A DNA stretch of 64,000 bases from Candidatus Velthaea sp. (GTDB lineage Bacteria; Vulcanimicrobiota; Vulcanimicrobiia; Vulcanimicrobiales; Vulcanimicrobiaceae): NCBI GenBank assembly GCA_965214935.1, contig CBDCCS010000011.1:64001-128000 (forward strand), in the 5' to 3' direction. Positions 18,815-29,370 of this stretch are shown here, piece after piece. Position 1 is the first letter of the stretch, and the number at the start of each line of letters is the position of its first letter. The notes under the pieces are model-generated. The model was not told the DNA's origin. It did no database searches and worked only from the letters and a program-made list of their open reading frames with translations. Position numbers and translations under genes: made by a program.

Positions 18815-20611
18815 ATGGAATTACTACGTTTTACCGGCCTTGCCCGTCACTATGGTGCCAACGACGTTTTTAACGATCTGTCGGGCGTTGTCCGCGACGG
18901 CGATAAGATCGCGCTTGTCGGCCCCAATGGGGCCGGGAAATCATCGCTCGTGCGATTGCTCGTCGGTGCCGATCAACCCGATGGCGGAACGCTCATTCGG
19001 GCCAAGGATTCACGCTACGGTTACCTTGCGCAAGATGCCGCCGAGGGCGGAACGATCACGCTCGGTGCTGCATTTGAGGAAGCTCTCGGACGCGGACAAG
19101 CGCATGAATGGGAAATGCGCGCGACAATCAATCGATTTGGCTTTGCCGAGTCGGATTTCGAGCGCCCGCTCAATGAGTTTTCCGGCGGACAACGGACGCG
19201 CGCACTCTTAGCTCGGACGCTACTGGAAAATCCGGACTGGCTATTGCTCGATGAACCGACGAACCATCTCGATCTCGAGACGGTGCGCTGGCTCGAAACC
19301 TTCGTTGCTGCCGATAACCGCGCGTACGTCATCGTATCGCACGATCGTTTCTTTCTTGAAACGGTCGCAACGCAAGTATGGGAGTTGGACCGCGGCGAAC
19401 TTGCCATCTTCGACGTCAAGCCAGGCCGGGCATACACCGACTTTCTCGAGCAGCGCGAACTGCGGCGCGCTCAACAAAAGCGCGAATATGACGCGGCGCA
19501 AAGCGAGCGAAAACGTCAGCGCGCCGTCATCGAAGAGCTCAAGACGCACGGCTCGCATAACTACAGTCACGTGCGCAGCCGCGAAAAAGCATTTGCGCGC
19601 GTCAACGCCGTCGAAGCACCGCGTTCGGAACGGCGCCAAATCGGCGTTGCCTTTAGCGCGGCACGGCGGGCGACCAACGGCATGGCGCTCGAGGTAACCG
19701 GCCTCGCCAAAGCGTATGACGAGCCACTTTTTAGCGGTGTTACGGCTTTTTTTGCACGCGGCGACCGGGTTGCCATCGTCGGGCCCAACGGTGCGGGAAA
19801 ATCGACGTTTCTGCGAATCATCAACGGCGAATTGCAGCCCGATGCGGGAAGCGTGCGCTACGGCATCGGTTTAACGACCGCCTCGTATTCGCAGGGCAGC
19901 GTCGACGATCTCGCTGCGGGTGATACGGCGGCAGAATCGGTGATGCGCTTAGGGGTTACCGACGAAGAAGCGCGCGGCTTGTTGGGCCGTCTCAATTTGG
20001 GCGGAGACTCCGGTGATAAACCGGTCGAAGCATTTTCGGGTGGCGAACGGCGACGCATCATGCTCGCGCGCCTGATGGCGCAACGCGCGGATTGTTTATT
20101 CCTCGATGAGCCGACGAACGATTTGGATATCCCAAGCCGCGAAGCGCTCGAGGATGTTCTCGCTTCGTACGAAGGTGCGCTCTTCGTCGTCTCGCACGAT
20201 CGCTACTTGCTCAAGAGACTCGCCGAGCGCGTCATCGCGATCGGCGACGGTGTAGCGACGATCGTCGACGGCGATTATGCTACGTACGAGCGCATCGAGC
20301 ACGCGGCGCGCAAGAGTTCGCCGGTGGCGAAAGCTGCGGCGAAATCCGAGACGCCGAAGATGGATCGCAAACCGTCGCACCAGACAAAGCTCGATGTCGG
20401 CCGGCGTAAGCGCGCTGTCTCGGAGGCCGAGCAGCGCGTCTCGGATCTCGAGACTCAGCGGGCCGAAATCGAACGCCGTTTTGCGGCGCCCAACGTCTAC
20501 GACGACCCGAGCACCGTCGTCGCGCTGCAACGAGACCTCGATCGAATCAGATCCGAAAGTGAGCAGGCGATGAGCGTCTGGGAACGTGCCGTCCAAGCGC
20601 TGGAGGCCTAG
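18815..20611 (+). CDS. ABC-F family ATP-binding protein
   Basis: Two GPNGAGKS Walker A motifs, FSGG signatures and LDEPTN; no transmembrane domain; C-terminal coiled coil. Confidence 0.93.
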   Translation: MELLRFTGLARHYGANDVFNDLSGVVRDGDKIALVGPNGAGKSSLVRLLVGADQPDGGTLIRAKDSRYGYLAQDAAEGGTITLGAAFEEALGRGQAHEWEMRATINRFGFAESDFERPLNEFSGGQRTRALLARTLLENPDWLLLDEPTNHLDLETVRWLETFVAADNRAYVIVSHDRFFLETVATQVWELDRGELAIFDVKPGRAYTDFLEQRELRRAQQKREYDAAQSERKRQRAVIEELKTHGSHNYSHVRSREKAFARVNAVEAPRSERRQIGVAFSAARRATNGMALEVTGLAKAYDEPLFSGVTAFFARGDRVAIVGPNGAGKSTFLRIINGELQPDAGSVRYGIGLTTASYSQGSVDDLAAGDTAAESVMRLGVTDEEARGLLGRLNLGGDSGDKPVEAFSGGERRRIMLARLMAQRADCLFLDEPTNDLDIPSREALEDVLASYEGALFVVSHDRYLLKRLAERVIAIGDGVATIVDGDYATYERIEHAARKSSPVAKAAAKSETPKMDRKPSHQTKLDVGRRKRAVSEAEQRVSDLETQRAEIERRFAAPNVYDDPSTVVALQRDLDRIRSESEQAMSVWERAVQALEA

Positions 20612-20826
20612 CGTTCCGCTCCGAGTTCGTTGCCGATCTCGGTTTGCACGGAGATTTGGACGCTGCGAATCATACCGGTATCATCGGCAGCGATGACGGC
20701 GCTTTGAAGATCGCCGGCAGGGATCGGCTCCGGCTCGGCAGCGCCGGACGGAAACGAAGCTGCGGGTTGAAGTTCGTCGGCCGGCGTCGGCTCAGGGACG
20801 TCCGTCGGTCGTAAGAAATCGCTCAT
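20608..20826 (-). CDS. small acidic hypothetical protein
   Basis: 72-aa ORF filling gap; TAGAAC 6 nt upstream of ATG. Confidence 0.45.
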   Translation of the reverse strand: MSDFLRPTDVPEPTPADELQPAASFPSGAAEPEPIPAGDLQSAVIAADDTGMIRSVQISVQTEIGNELGAER

Positions 20827-20987
20827 TCCAGCGTTCTACCCAGGCCTGCATCCCAAAGCTCGTGAGGAACGGATTCGGCGCTCGCATGGGCTTCTGAAAA
20901 AGCGAGCCATTCGGGGTTCAAATCCGGTACGATCGCACGGCGCGATCGGCACGGTCGACGTACGGCAAGAGAGACGGTGTCGTGGAG

Positions 20988-21001
20988 CGAACGTACGTTC
21001 G
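20988..21001. promoter_or_regulatory. LexA (SOS) box, Gram-positive type
   Basis: Perfect palindrome CGAAC-GTAC-GTTCG ending 3 nt before the alkB ATG. Confidence 0.8.
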
Positions 21002-21004
21002 TAG

Positions 21005-21613
21005 ATGCGCCAGCTTGGGCTTTTTCAGACGACCGAAGCGCCGACGATCCTGGTTGCCGATCATGGCGACATTCGCTTGGTTCCGGGGTTTCTCGAGCCC
21101 CAGACCGGACGTGAACTGTTTGCCGACTTGCACCGCTCGACGACTTGGCGGGCCGATTCGCGCATGATGTACGGCCGGCGCGTGCTGGTACCGCGCGAGA
21201 CGGCAGCGCGGGGTGCCGATTCCATACAGCCTTGGACGCCGGCGCTGCTCGATGTGCGCCGGCGGCTCGAGCACTATCTCGGAACGCCGTTCGATTACGT
21301 GTTCATCAACCGGTACCGTACGGGCGCCGACAGCGTGGCTTGGCATAACGATGATGATGCGGAGGCCGACCCGCGGCGCGTCATTGCATCGCTCAGCCTC
21401 GGTGCGACGCGAACCTTTGAGATCCGGCCCTTACGCGCCAGCGGTCTCAACTACGGCAAGATCGCCGTCGCGTTGAGCGACGGCGATCTTGTCGTCATGC
21501 AGGGCGAGACTCAACACTATTACGAGCATCGCATCCCCAAGGAGCCTCGCGTGGCGCAGGAGCGCATCAATCTGACGTTCCGCCAACACCACGCCCGCGC
21601 GTCGCGCCCTTAG
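21005..21613 (+). CDS. alkB: AlkB-family 2OG-Fe(II) dioxygenase (ALKBH2/3-like)
   Basis: NRYRTGADSVAWHNDD, SLSLGATR, HRIPK and RINLTFR motifs. Confidence 0.88.
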   Translation: MRQLGLFQTTEAPTILVADHGDIRLVPGFLEPQTGRELFADLHRSTTWRADSRMMYGRRVLVPRETAARGADSIQPWTPALLDVRRRLEHYLGTPFDYVFINRYRTGADSVAWHNDDDAEADPRRVIASLSLGATRTFEIRPLRASGLNYGKIAVALSDGDLVVMQGETQHYYEHRIPKEPRVAQERINLTFRQHHARASRP

Positions 21614-24270
21614 TTTCCGGCCGGCCCGGTGACGATCCGAACGAAGTCCTTCGGCCGTATCCACTTGGCAATCGCGGCTTGGACGGTAGCAGGTGAAGCT
21701 GCGAGCATTGCCGCTGCCTCGCGCGTGTACTCATCAAGCGGCTGGTCGCGGACCGCGAGCGTCAGGAACTGCGACGCGATTCCGTCATACGACTCCACCG
21801 ACACCGGCAGCTCCCCGAGTTCGAGCGCCTTCGCACGTGTCAGGCGGTCCGGATCGATCGGCGTCTTTTGTAACGCGGTCAAGTCGTCGACCACAAGTCG
21901 TTCGGCCCGTCCGACATTTTGCGGATCCGCGCCGTAGCCGACCGTAAAGGTCGATCGATTGCGGCCCGGATTGAGCGACGACGATACGCTGTAAACATAA
22001 CCGTGCAGTTCGCGCAGGTCGTGGAAGAGCAGCGAGGCGTAAAATCCGCCGCTCAGAACGGCATTTGCTAAACGCAAGACCGGATAGTCGCTGTCGTTGT
22101 ACGTCAGCGGCATAATTTCCGATAGCTCGACCTCGGATTGGATTCGTCCGGTTGCCGGAATCGTGGCGGTTTGTGCCCGGTTCAACGGAACCTTCGGCGG
22201 AAACAAATCCGGTTTCGGGCCTGCAGCTTGCCACTGTCCGAAGTACTTTTCAACCGTCGTGCGTGCGGCGTCGGGCGAGATATCGCCGATGACCACGATG
22301 GTCGTCAAGTCGGGACGGTACGTGGTCGTAAAGGCGTGCTTGACGTCGTCGAGACTAACGTTCGCGGCGGTTGCCGGCGTTTCGGTTCGCCGCGACGGAT
22401 CGCCGGGCGGATACAGGGCCTTGACTAGAGCTTGGCGGGCGAGAAAGTCCGGGCTCTTCACGCTACCGGTCAATTCGCCGACCGTTTGTTGCTTGACGAT
22501 TGCAAAGGCGTCGGCCGGCAGGGCCGGATGCAACTCGTCGTCGGCCAGCAGTTGCATCCCGCGATCGAAATTCTGCGTAAGGACATCGAGCGAAAAGCTT
22601 GGACCGTTCGAGACGTCGGCGGCAATCTTGTCGAGTTCGGCTTGATAGCTCAAACGATTGTACGTCGTGGTTCCGTACGGTAAGAGGGCACTGAGCATAC
22701 CGCCGACGCCGTCTTTTCCGACCGGTTCTTGGACGCCCGGGTTCATCCCGATTTGCCCGCGCACGACGATCGTATGGGAAATTGCTTCGGGTTGAACGAT
22801 GAGCCGAATACCGTTCGGCAGCATCGACACGACCGGCGCAACTTTTGATTCCGGTACGCGCAAACTTGCCAAGACGTCGCGCGCAAAGGCGGGCAACTCG
22901 GCATGCTCGCTCGGAACGATCGTGTTATCTTCACCCACCCGGCCACCGCCGCCGCCGCCGTTGGCGGATTTCGGTGTGGCGATCGCAACGGTCGCGGTTC
23001 TATTATCGTAGTACGTGCGCAGCACGCGATTGACGTCTGCAACGCTGACGCGCTGTAAGCCGGCAAGATCGTCATCCGGCGTGCGATTTTCAACCGTGAG
23101 CGTCTGGCTCCATAGCGTTGCGAGACCCTGAACGGAGTTACGTGAAAACTCGGCTTGAGCGACTTCGCGCTGTTTTGCAACCTCGACGAGCTCGGCGGGT
23201 AAGCCGGTTTTTTTGTAACCGTCGATCACGGCTTTGATATCGCTGACCGCGGTCGTGCCGGGGGTACTGACCGGTACCGCCGAGCCGACGAGTGACAAGC
23301 CGGCCATCGGAAAAGTTTGCGCTTGCGCGAACGTTTGCAGCGCCTTACCGCTGGCCGCCAAATCGAAAAGCGCGCCGCGTTGACTGTTGAGTACGTCGTT
23401 GAGGATTTCGGAAGCGAAGTAATCCGGATCGGCATAGCCCGGCACACGGTAACCGACATAGGCCAGCGTGATCGGCTGATCGCTATCGTCCGTATACGTC
23501 GTCGGTGTCAGCGGCCCGAGCGTTACCGCCGGCCGGACCGGAACTGCCTGCGCGGGAATCGGCTCGAAAAGCGCGCGCACCTTCGCGATCGTTGCTTGCG
23601 GATCCACGTCACCGGCAATGACGTAGATCGCATTGTTCGGATGATACCAGCGAGCATAAAAAGCTTTGAGATCGGGCGCTTGTATTTGCTTGAAGCTCGC
23701 GACGGTGCCGAGCCCGGGATCCGCATACGGGGTACCGGCCAAAACGTGCGTGACCATCTTTTCATACAGGCGAAACGACGCATCGCTATTGTCGCGCGTG
23801 ACTTCTTGCGTGATTGCGCCGCGCTCCTGATCCCAGAGCGCCTGTGAATCGAGAACGTTCTGCGCGCGCGATGCTTCGAGATGCAAGGCGATATCCAGAT
23901 ATTGTGCCGGCATCTCAAAGAAGTACTGTGTCATTTCGTTCTGCGTATCGGCGTTGAACGTGCCGCCCGTAATCGCGGTCGTCTCGGAAAACTGCGAAGC
24001 ACTAATGGAGTCGCTGCCGCGAAAAAGCATGTGCTCTTGAGCGTGCGCAAGACCCGTGATCGACTCGTCGTCCGCTCCGGCTTTGTAATTGAGCCAGGTC
24101 GAAACAACTTTGGCCAGCGGATCGCGCAAGACCACAACCTGCAAGCCGTTCTTGAGCGTGGCACGGGTAACGCCGACGGCGCCCGACGCGGCGGGTTGTG
24201 CGCTGACCGGAACGAGCGGCACGAGCGTCAGCGTCACGACGGCAGCGACTAGGCGGATGAACGGTCTCAC
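21610..24270 (-). CDS. exported M16 (pitrilysin-family) zinc peptidase
   Basis: Signal peptide; inverted zinc motif HAQEH; FNADT and YHPNNA; duplicated domains. Confidence 0.9.
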   Translation of the reverse strand: MRPFIRLVAAVVTLTLVPLVPVSAQPAASGAVGVTRATLKNGLQVVVLRDPLAKVVSTWLNYKAGADDESITGLAHAQEHMLFRGSDSISASQFSETTAITGGTFNADTQNEMTQYFFEMPAQYLDIALHLEASRAQNVLDSQALWDQERGAITQEVTRDNSDASFRLYEKMVTHVLAGTPYADPGLGTVASFKQIQAPDLKAFYARWYHPNNAIYVIAGDVDPQATIAKVRALFEPIPAQAVPVRPAVTLGPLTPTTYTDDSDQPITLAYVGYRVPGYADPDYFASEILNDVLNSQRGALFDLAASGKALQTFAQAQTFPMAGLSLVGSAVPVSTPGTTAVSDIKAVIDGYKKTGLPAELVEVAKQREVAQAEFSRNSVQGLATLWSQTLTVENRTPDDDLAGLQRVSVADVNRVLRTYYDNRTATVAIATPKSANGGGGGGRVGEDNTIVPSEHAELPAFARDVLASLRVPESKVAPVVSMLPNGIRLIVQPEAISHTIVVRGQIGMNPGVQEPVGKDGVGGMLSALLPYGTTTYNRLSYQAELDKIAADVSNGPSFSLDVLTQNFDRGMQLLADDELHPALPADAFAIVKQQTVGELTGSVKSPDFLARQALVKALYPPGDPSRRTETPATAANVSLDDVKHAFTTTYRPDLTTIVVIGDISPDAARTTVEKYFGQWQAAGPKPDLFPPKVPLNRAQTATIPATGRIQSEVELSEIMPLTYNDSDYPVLRLANAVLSGGFYASLLFHDLRELHGYVYSVSSSLNPGRNRSTFTVGYGADPQNVGRAERLVVDDLTALQKTPIDPDRLTRAKALELGELPVSVESYDGIASQFLTLAVRDQPLDEYTREAAAMLAASPATVQAAIAKWIRPKDFVRIVTGPAGN

Positions 24271-24524
24271 GTTTGAATGCTCCGGAAAACGTAACTTCTA
24301 GCGCCCATTGGACGCCGCAATGGGTGCATACTCTTCCTCGCGTTCAGCGCGCAGTCAACCTTAATCGTACCGGCATTGGACCGATCGTTAATGCAGCTTT
24401 CATTTAACGCTCGCTCCTCGTGCATTTGTCCATACGCTTGACGGTCCGTGAACCGTATGATGAACGCCAGCCGCCGCACGTGCGTGCGTGCGTGCGAGCG
24501 AAACACGTCCGATAGAGGTTCGTC

Positions 24525-27500
24525 GTGCACTATTCTCGCCGGCTTTTAGCCGTAGCGCTTTTGCTACTGTGGAGCATCGGCAGTCTGCCGGCGAAGGCCG
24601 GAACGACCGGTGGACTCAACGGCCGCGTCGTCGACGCGCAGACCCGTCTACCGGTAAGCGGCGCGAACGTCTCCGCCGTATCGCCGTCGGGTAGCGCAAG
24701 TGCGACGACGAACGCTCAAGGTGCATACGCGTTGCTTTCGCTGGCGCCCGATACCTATACGCTCAGCGTGGAGCTTGCCGGCTATCAAACCATTTCTCAG
24801 GCCGGCATTACCGTGCAAGCGGACCAAACGCAGGTACTGGGCTTTACCATCGGTAGAGTCCTTACGACGATCGGACGGACGGCGTCTCGAGCGCTGACGG
24901 ACCTCGTCAAACCGGGCATGACGAGCGATACCTATTCGGTCAGTCCGGCAACGGCACAGGCGGGAGCCGCTTTGGGCGGACCCGGCGGCGTCGATCAAGC
25001 GTATAGTGCGCTTGCGCTCGTCCCGGGCGTTTACGTTCCGCAAGGTCAACAGGGTTGGTACCAGCCGATTTACATTCGCGGCGGCGATCAAGATCAGATC
25101 GGCTACGAACTCGACGGCATTCCGGCAAATCGTTCGTACGACAACGCGCCGATGTCGCTGCTATCAAACGTCGGAACGCAGGAGCTGCAAGTGTACACCG
25201 GCGGCGCGAGCGCGTCATCGGACGGACAAGGCATCTCGGGTTATATCAATTCGGTCGTAAAGAGCGGCACCAGTCCGGGTTTTGCCGCGATCGATTACGG
25301 TTTGGGTTCACCCACGAGTTATCAAAAGGGCACCTTTGAGATCGGCGGCACGGCGGGCCGGTTGAGTTATTACGCCGCGGCGGCGGTGGTCGACCAGAGT
25401 TATCGTTTCTACGATCAAAACAACGGTGCGTTCCAAAACAACAACGGTTACTTCATTCCGAGTTACGGTTATTTGCCCGGCGCCTATGACGGCACGGGCG
25501 GCGGATTCGGCGACCTGCCCGGTTACACGGCCGGGGCGGCACATACCCGCGATCGTGAGAACGTGGTGAATCTTCACTACGGCTTGCCGCATAAGAGCGG
25601 CAACGCTAAAGACGACGTGCAGTTGCTTTACATCACGCAAGAGCTCTACACGGACTCGTATAGCTCGTACAACGATCTGGGCGGTGCGCCGGCGTTCGGT
25701 GGTGCCACGCTGTTGTATCCGGATCAGTACGTCTATAGCGGACCCGTCGGCGCGCCGTTACAAGCGGCGACGAGCCAGTATCTTTTTCCGAACACGCCCG
25801 ACGTGCAGCGTGCCTTTCAAAGTCCGATCGGGCCGAACGTGCGCCAAGTCGCGGACAACGGCTACAGCGTTGAAAAATTGCAATACCAGCACGCGATCGG
25901 CGATCGTGCATACGTGCGCTTTGCGACGTATGGTTCGTATTCGAATTGGTTCATTCACGGACCGGTCTCCGCTCCGTTCATCAACAACTACGTATTACCG
26001 AATCATACCTTCGGCTACAACGCGCTGTTCGCCGATCAAGTAAACGATAAAAATCTGCTGACGCTTTCCGGTTCGATCGCTTCGACCCATGAATCGCGCT
26101 ATTATCCCACCGGAAACTTCTCGGGCAACAACGGCGACCCGAATACGCTCAATCCGCGAGCCGGTGCCTATTCGGTTCTTGCCGGCAGTTACAAAGACGC
26201 TGCGGGGCATTGCTACGACCAGACCAGCGGCGTCTACGCCTCGTGCTTCGGCTCAGCGTCGCAAGCAACGTTTGATTCTTATACCGGCCTATTCGCGCCG
26301 TACATGACGGCACCGGCGGGTTCGGCTGCGGCGCTCAACGGCGCCCAGTGGATCGCAACGGAAAACGGAACGAACGGCAACCTAAATCAAGTCGATCCGA
26401 TTCTCTACGCAGCGTCGATCAGCGATCAATGGAATCCGACGGACCGTTTAACGATCAACGCCGGCGTGCGAATCGAACGTTATCTCGATCGCTTCATCGA
26501 TGAAGCTGCCGGCTATCCGGCACGTCCGTTCTGGGTGAACGCATACAACAGCGAATACTGTTCGGGTCCTGCGCTTAGCGCGCCGGTCAACGCAGGTGTC
26601 GACCCGGGAACCGGCTTGCGTTTGCCATGCCCGAGCGGAACCAATCCGGTGAACCTGTCTTTGAATTCGCCGAAAAATGAATCGAACTCGGTTTTTGAAC
26701 CGCGCGTCGGCGCGACGTTGAGCCTCAGTCCGGATCGCGTCGTGCGCGCGTCGTACGGCACGTATGCGCGGCCGCCCAATGCGTCGTGGGTGCAATACGG
26801 CGTGACTCAGCAAGATCTGGCCAGTTACATCGGGTCGCGCTTTTACAGTCAGTACGGCTTCACGAGTCCGGCTCACGATCTACGGCCCGACACGTCGCAC
26901 AATTTTGATGTGTCGTACGAACAGCATCTGCACGGCACCGATCTGAGCTTCAAGCTTTCGCCGTATTACCGCGGCACCATGGATCAATTCGAAAACATTT
27001 TCTTGAATTCCGGTGGTGCGGAATCGGGGATCAACATCGGACGCGAGCGCTCGTTCGGGGTCGAGTTCGCATTCACCAAGGGTAGTTTTGCACGCGACGG
27101 CTTTGCCGCCCAGTTGTCGTTTACGTACGACTACAGCCGCTTTCGCTATTCCAAATTCGCGAGCGGTAATAGCGTGATCGATCTCATCAACAACAATCTT
27201 AAAACGTACAACGCATACACCGCGGCGTGCGCTGCAAATCCGGCCGCCGGCTTGTGCGGAAGCACGACGACCGGCGCCCCCGCTGCGCCGTGCTACAGCC
27301 CTGCGGGCGCCGCCGTCGCTTGCGGCACGCCCGGCGCGGTATCGAATCCTTACTTCGGCTTAGCGCCGCAGCATTTGTTCGATCCGAATGCGGAGTACCT
27401 GCCGTACGATGCAATCCCCGATCAGCCGTTCTTAGGTGGAAACGGCTTCGGCGCACCCGAGGTCGCGACGCTGTTGCTCAACTATAAGAAAAGCCGGTTT

Positions 27501-27947
27501 ACGCTGACGCCGAGTCTGACGTTTTCTTCAGGTTCGGACTATGGCTCGCCGTTATCGACTGCCGGCGTGGATCCGGCGACCGGCGGGTCGATCATCGTGC
27601 CGAACCCGTATACCGGGCAATTCGACAACATGGGCGCCTTCTCGCAGCCCTGGCGCCTAACGAGCAACCTGCAGTTCGGCTATGTACTGTCGCCGCGCGT
27701 TCATGCGACGTTGACGTTAACGAGTCTCACCGATACGTGCGTCCAGCGCGGCTACGCTTGGGATCGGGCCGGGATCTGCGCTTATTCGACGTTGCCGTTC
27801 GGAGCAGCGTTCAACGCCCCGGTTTCGGCGGCCACCGATCCGAATCTACGCTATCCTTATTCGGTTCAGCAAGGCAACAACAACACAACCTTCGTCGGGA
27901 CGAAGATTCCGTTCCAAGCTTACCTCAACATCCAGCTCAAGATTTGA
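24525..27947 (+). CDS. TonB-dependent receptor with N-terminal carboxypeptidase-regulatory-like domain
   Basis: Signal peptide; GRVVDAQT...GANV; plug motifs IRGG...YELDGIP and GYINSVVK; alternating beta-strand C-terminus. Confidence 0.85.
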   Translation: MHYSRRLLAVALLLLWSIGSLPAKAGTTGGLNGRVVDAQTRLPVSGANVSAVSPSGSASATTNAQGAYALLSLAPDTYTLSVELAGYQTISQAGITVQADQTQVLGFTIGRVLTTIGRTASRALTDLVKPGMTSDTYSVSPATAQAGAALGGPGGVDQAYSALALVPGVYVPQGQQGWYQPIYIRGGDQDQIGYELDGIPANRSYDNAPMSLLSNVGTQELQVYTGGASASSDGQGISGYINSVVKSGTSPGFAAIDYGLGSPTSYQKGTFEIGGTAGRLSYYAAAAVVDQSYRFYDQNNGAFQNNNGYFIPSYGYLPGAYDGTGGGFGDLPGYTAGAAHTRDRENVVNLHYGLPHKSGNAKDDVQLLYITQELYTDSYSSYNDLGGAPAFGGATLLYPDQYVYSGPVGAPLQAATSQYLFPNTPDVQRAFQSPIGPNVRQVADNGYSVEKLQYQHAIGDRAYVRFATYGSYSNWFIHGPVSAPFINNYVLPNHTFGYNALFADQVNDKNLLTLSGSIASTHESRYYPTGNFSGNNGDPNTLNPRAGAYSVLAGSYKDAAGHCYDQTSGVYASCFGSASQATFDSYTGLFAPYMTAPAGSAAALNGAQWIATENGTNGNLNQVDPILYAASISDQWNPTDRLTINAGVRIERYLDRFIDEAAGYPARPFWVNAYNSEYCSGPALSAPVNAGVDPGTGLRLPCPSGTNPVNLSLNSPKNESNSVFEPRVGATLSLSPDRVVRASYGTYARPPNASWVQYGVTQQDLASYIGSRFYSQYGFTSPAHDLRPDTSHNFDVSYEQHLHGTDLSFKLSPYYRGTMDQFENIFLNSGGAESGINIGRERSFGVEFAFTKGSFARDGFAAQLSFTYDYSRFRYSKFASGNSVIDLINNNLKTYNAYTAACAANPAAGLCGSTTTGAPAAPCYSPAGAAVACGTPGAVSNPYFGLAPQHLFDPNAEYLPYDAIPDQPFLGGNGFGAPEVATLLLNYKKSRFTLTPSLTFSSGSDYGSPLSTAGVDPATGGSIIVPNPYTGQFDNMGAFSQPWRLTSNLQFGYVLSPRVHATLTLTSLTDTCVQRGYAWDRAGICAYSTLPFGAAFNAPVSAATDPNLRYPYSVQQGNNNTTFVGTKIPFQAYLNIQLKI

Positions 27948-28010
27948 GCCGGGTTGCGGGCCGTAAGAAGCCACGGCGTCCGGCCTGGTCGAGCCGAAAG
28001 CCGTGCCGGG

Positions 28011-28039
28011 TTGTCAGTGGACGGCGGTCTTGATATAAT
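28011..28039 (+). promoter_or_regulatory. sigma70-type rplK promoter
   Basis: TTGTCA-17 nt-TATAAT with extended -10 TG. Confidence 0.8.
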
Positions 28040-28152
28040 TACGCGTCACGCGGCGCAAGCCGTCTGCGTCGGGCGAACCGGACCCCAGTTCGCCCGACTC
28101 TTTGGAACGGGGGCAGACCCGCACGCTCGAGCGTGCCGTCGAAAGGTAACTC

Positions 28153-28578
28153 ATGGCAAAAAAAGTCGTTGGTAAAATCGGTCTCGCGCTCAACGCCGGC
28201 AAGGCGACGCCCGCGCCGCCGGTCGGCCCGGCACTAGGGCCGTATTCGCTCAATATTATGGATTTCTGCAAACAGTACAACGAGCGTACGCAGAGCCAAG
28301 TCGGGATGATCATCCCGGTCGAAATCACGGTCTTCGACGATCGGACGTTCACGTTCATCACCAAGACGCCGCCGGCGTCGTTTCTGATCAAGCGCGCGCT
28401 GGGGATCCAGTCGGGTTCAAAGGAGCCGAATCGCAACAAGGTCGGTAAGCTTACCGCCGCGCAAATTCGCGAGATTGCCACCACCAAAATGCCGGATCTC
28501 AATGCCAATGACATCGACATGGCAATGAACATCATCGCCGGCACGGCGCGTTCGATGGGTGTGGAGGTCGCTTCGTAA
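28153..28578 (+). CDS. rplK: 50S ribosomal protein L11
   Basis: [28 protein letters not shown]. Confidence 0.99.
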   Translation: MAKKVVGKIGLALNAGKATPAPPVGPALGPYSLNIMDFCKQYNERTQSQVGMIIPVEITVFDDRTFTFITKTPPASFLIKRALGIQSGSKEPNRNKVGKLTAAQIREIATTKMPDLNANDIDMAMNIIAGTARSMGVEVAS

Positions 28579-29288
28579 TGGCACGCGAGTACGGTAAGCG
28601 GCTCAAAGCCGTTGCGGCGTCGTTCGATCGCGAGCGTCTGTACGATGCGGTCGAAGCGACCGGCTTAGTCAAGCAAAACGCGAATGCCAAATTCAACGAA
28701 ACGATCGAGATTCACGTCCGGCTTGGTGTCGACCCCAAGAAGTCGGACCAAAACGTGCGCGGCGTCGTGAACTTGCCGCACGGGACCGGGCGCACGGTGC
28801 GCGTGATCGTGTTTGCCAAGGGCGACAACGCCCGTGCAGCGGAAGCTGCCGGCGCCGATATCGTCGGTGAAGCGGATCTTATCGAGCGGGTGAAGGGCGG
28901 TTTCACGGAATTCGACGTTGCCGTTGCGACGCCGGACATGATGGCGCAAATCGGTAAGGAACTCGGCCGTATCCTCGCTCAGAAAATGCCGAATCCAAAG
29001 TCCGGAACGGTAACGCCGAATCCGGCCGCCGCCGTGCGCGACATCAAGGCCGGTAAGGTCGAATACCGTCTTGATAAGACCGGAATCATTCATGCAATCG
29101 TCGGTAAAGCCAGTTTCGAGCAGAGCCAGCTTTCGGAAAACGTCGCGACGCTGCTCGACGCGATCGTACGTGCGAAACCGGCTGCGGCCAAAGGGACGTA
29201 TCTGCGCTCGATTTCGCTCACGAGCACGATGGGTCCGGGAGTGAAGGTCGATCCAAGCCGGATCCGGACGACTGCCGCTACAGCTTAA
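28578..29288 (+). CDS. rplA: 50S ribosomal protein L1
   Basis: [35 protein letters not shown]. Confidence 0.99.
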   Translation: MAREYGKRLKAVAASFDRERLYDAVEATGLVKQNANAKFNETIEIHVRLGVDPKKSDQNVRGVVNLPHGTGRTVRVIVFAKGDNARAAEAAGADIVGEADLIERVKGGFTEFDVAVATPDMMAQIGKELGRILAQKMPNPKSGTVTPNPAAAVRDIKAGKVEYRLDKTGIIHAIVGKASFEQSQLSENVATLLDAIVRAKPAAAKGTYLRSISLTSTMGPGVKVDPSRIRTTAATA

Positions 29289-29310
29289 GCTGCCGGCGGC
29301 CGATGACTAC

Positions 29311-29352
29311 GAGAAGGCCTCGATGCCGTTGCGACGGCGCGAGGCCTTTCTC
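29311..29352. terminator. hairpin terminator between convergent rplA and GNAT genes
   Basis: GAGAAGGCCTCG...CGAGGCCTTTCTC inverted repeat. Confidence 0.75.
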
Positions 29353-29370
29353 GTGCGTACGGACGCGGCG

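Noticed and set aside
28068..28103. 11-bp hairpin in rplK leader as a novel RNA
   Set aside because: Likely part of ordinary ribosomal-protein leader regulation; an L1-binding consensus could not be confirmed by eye
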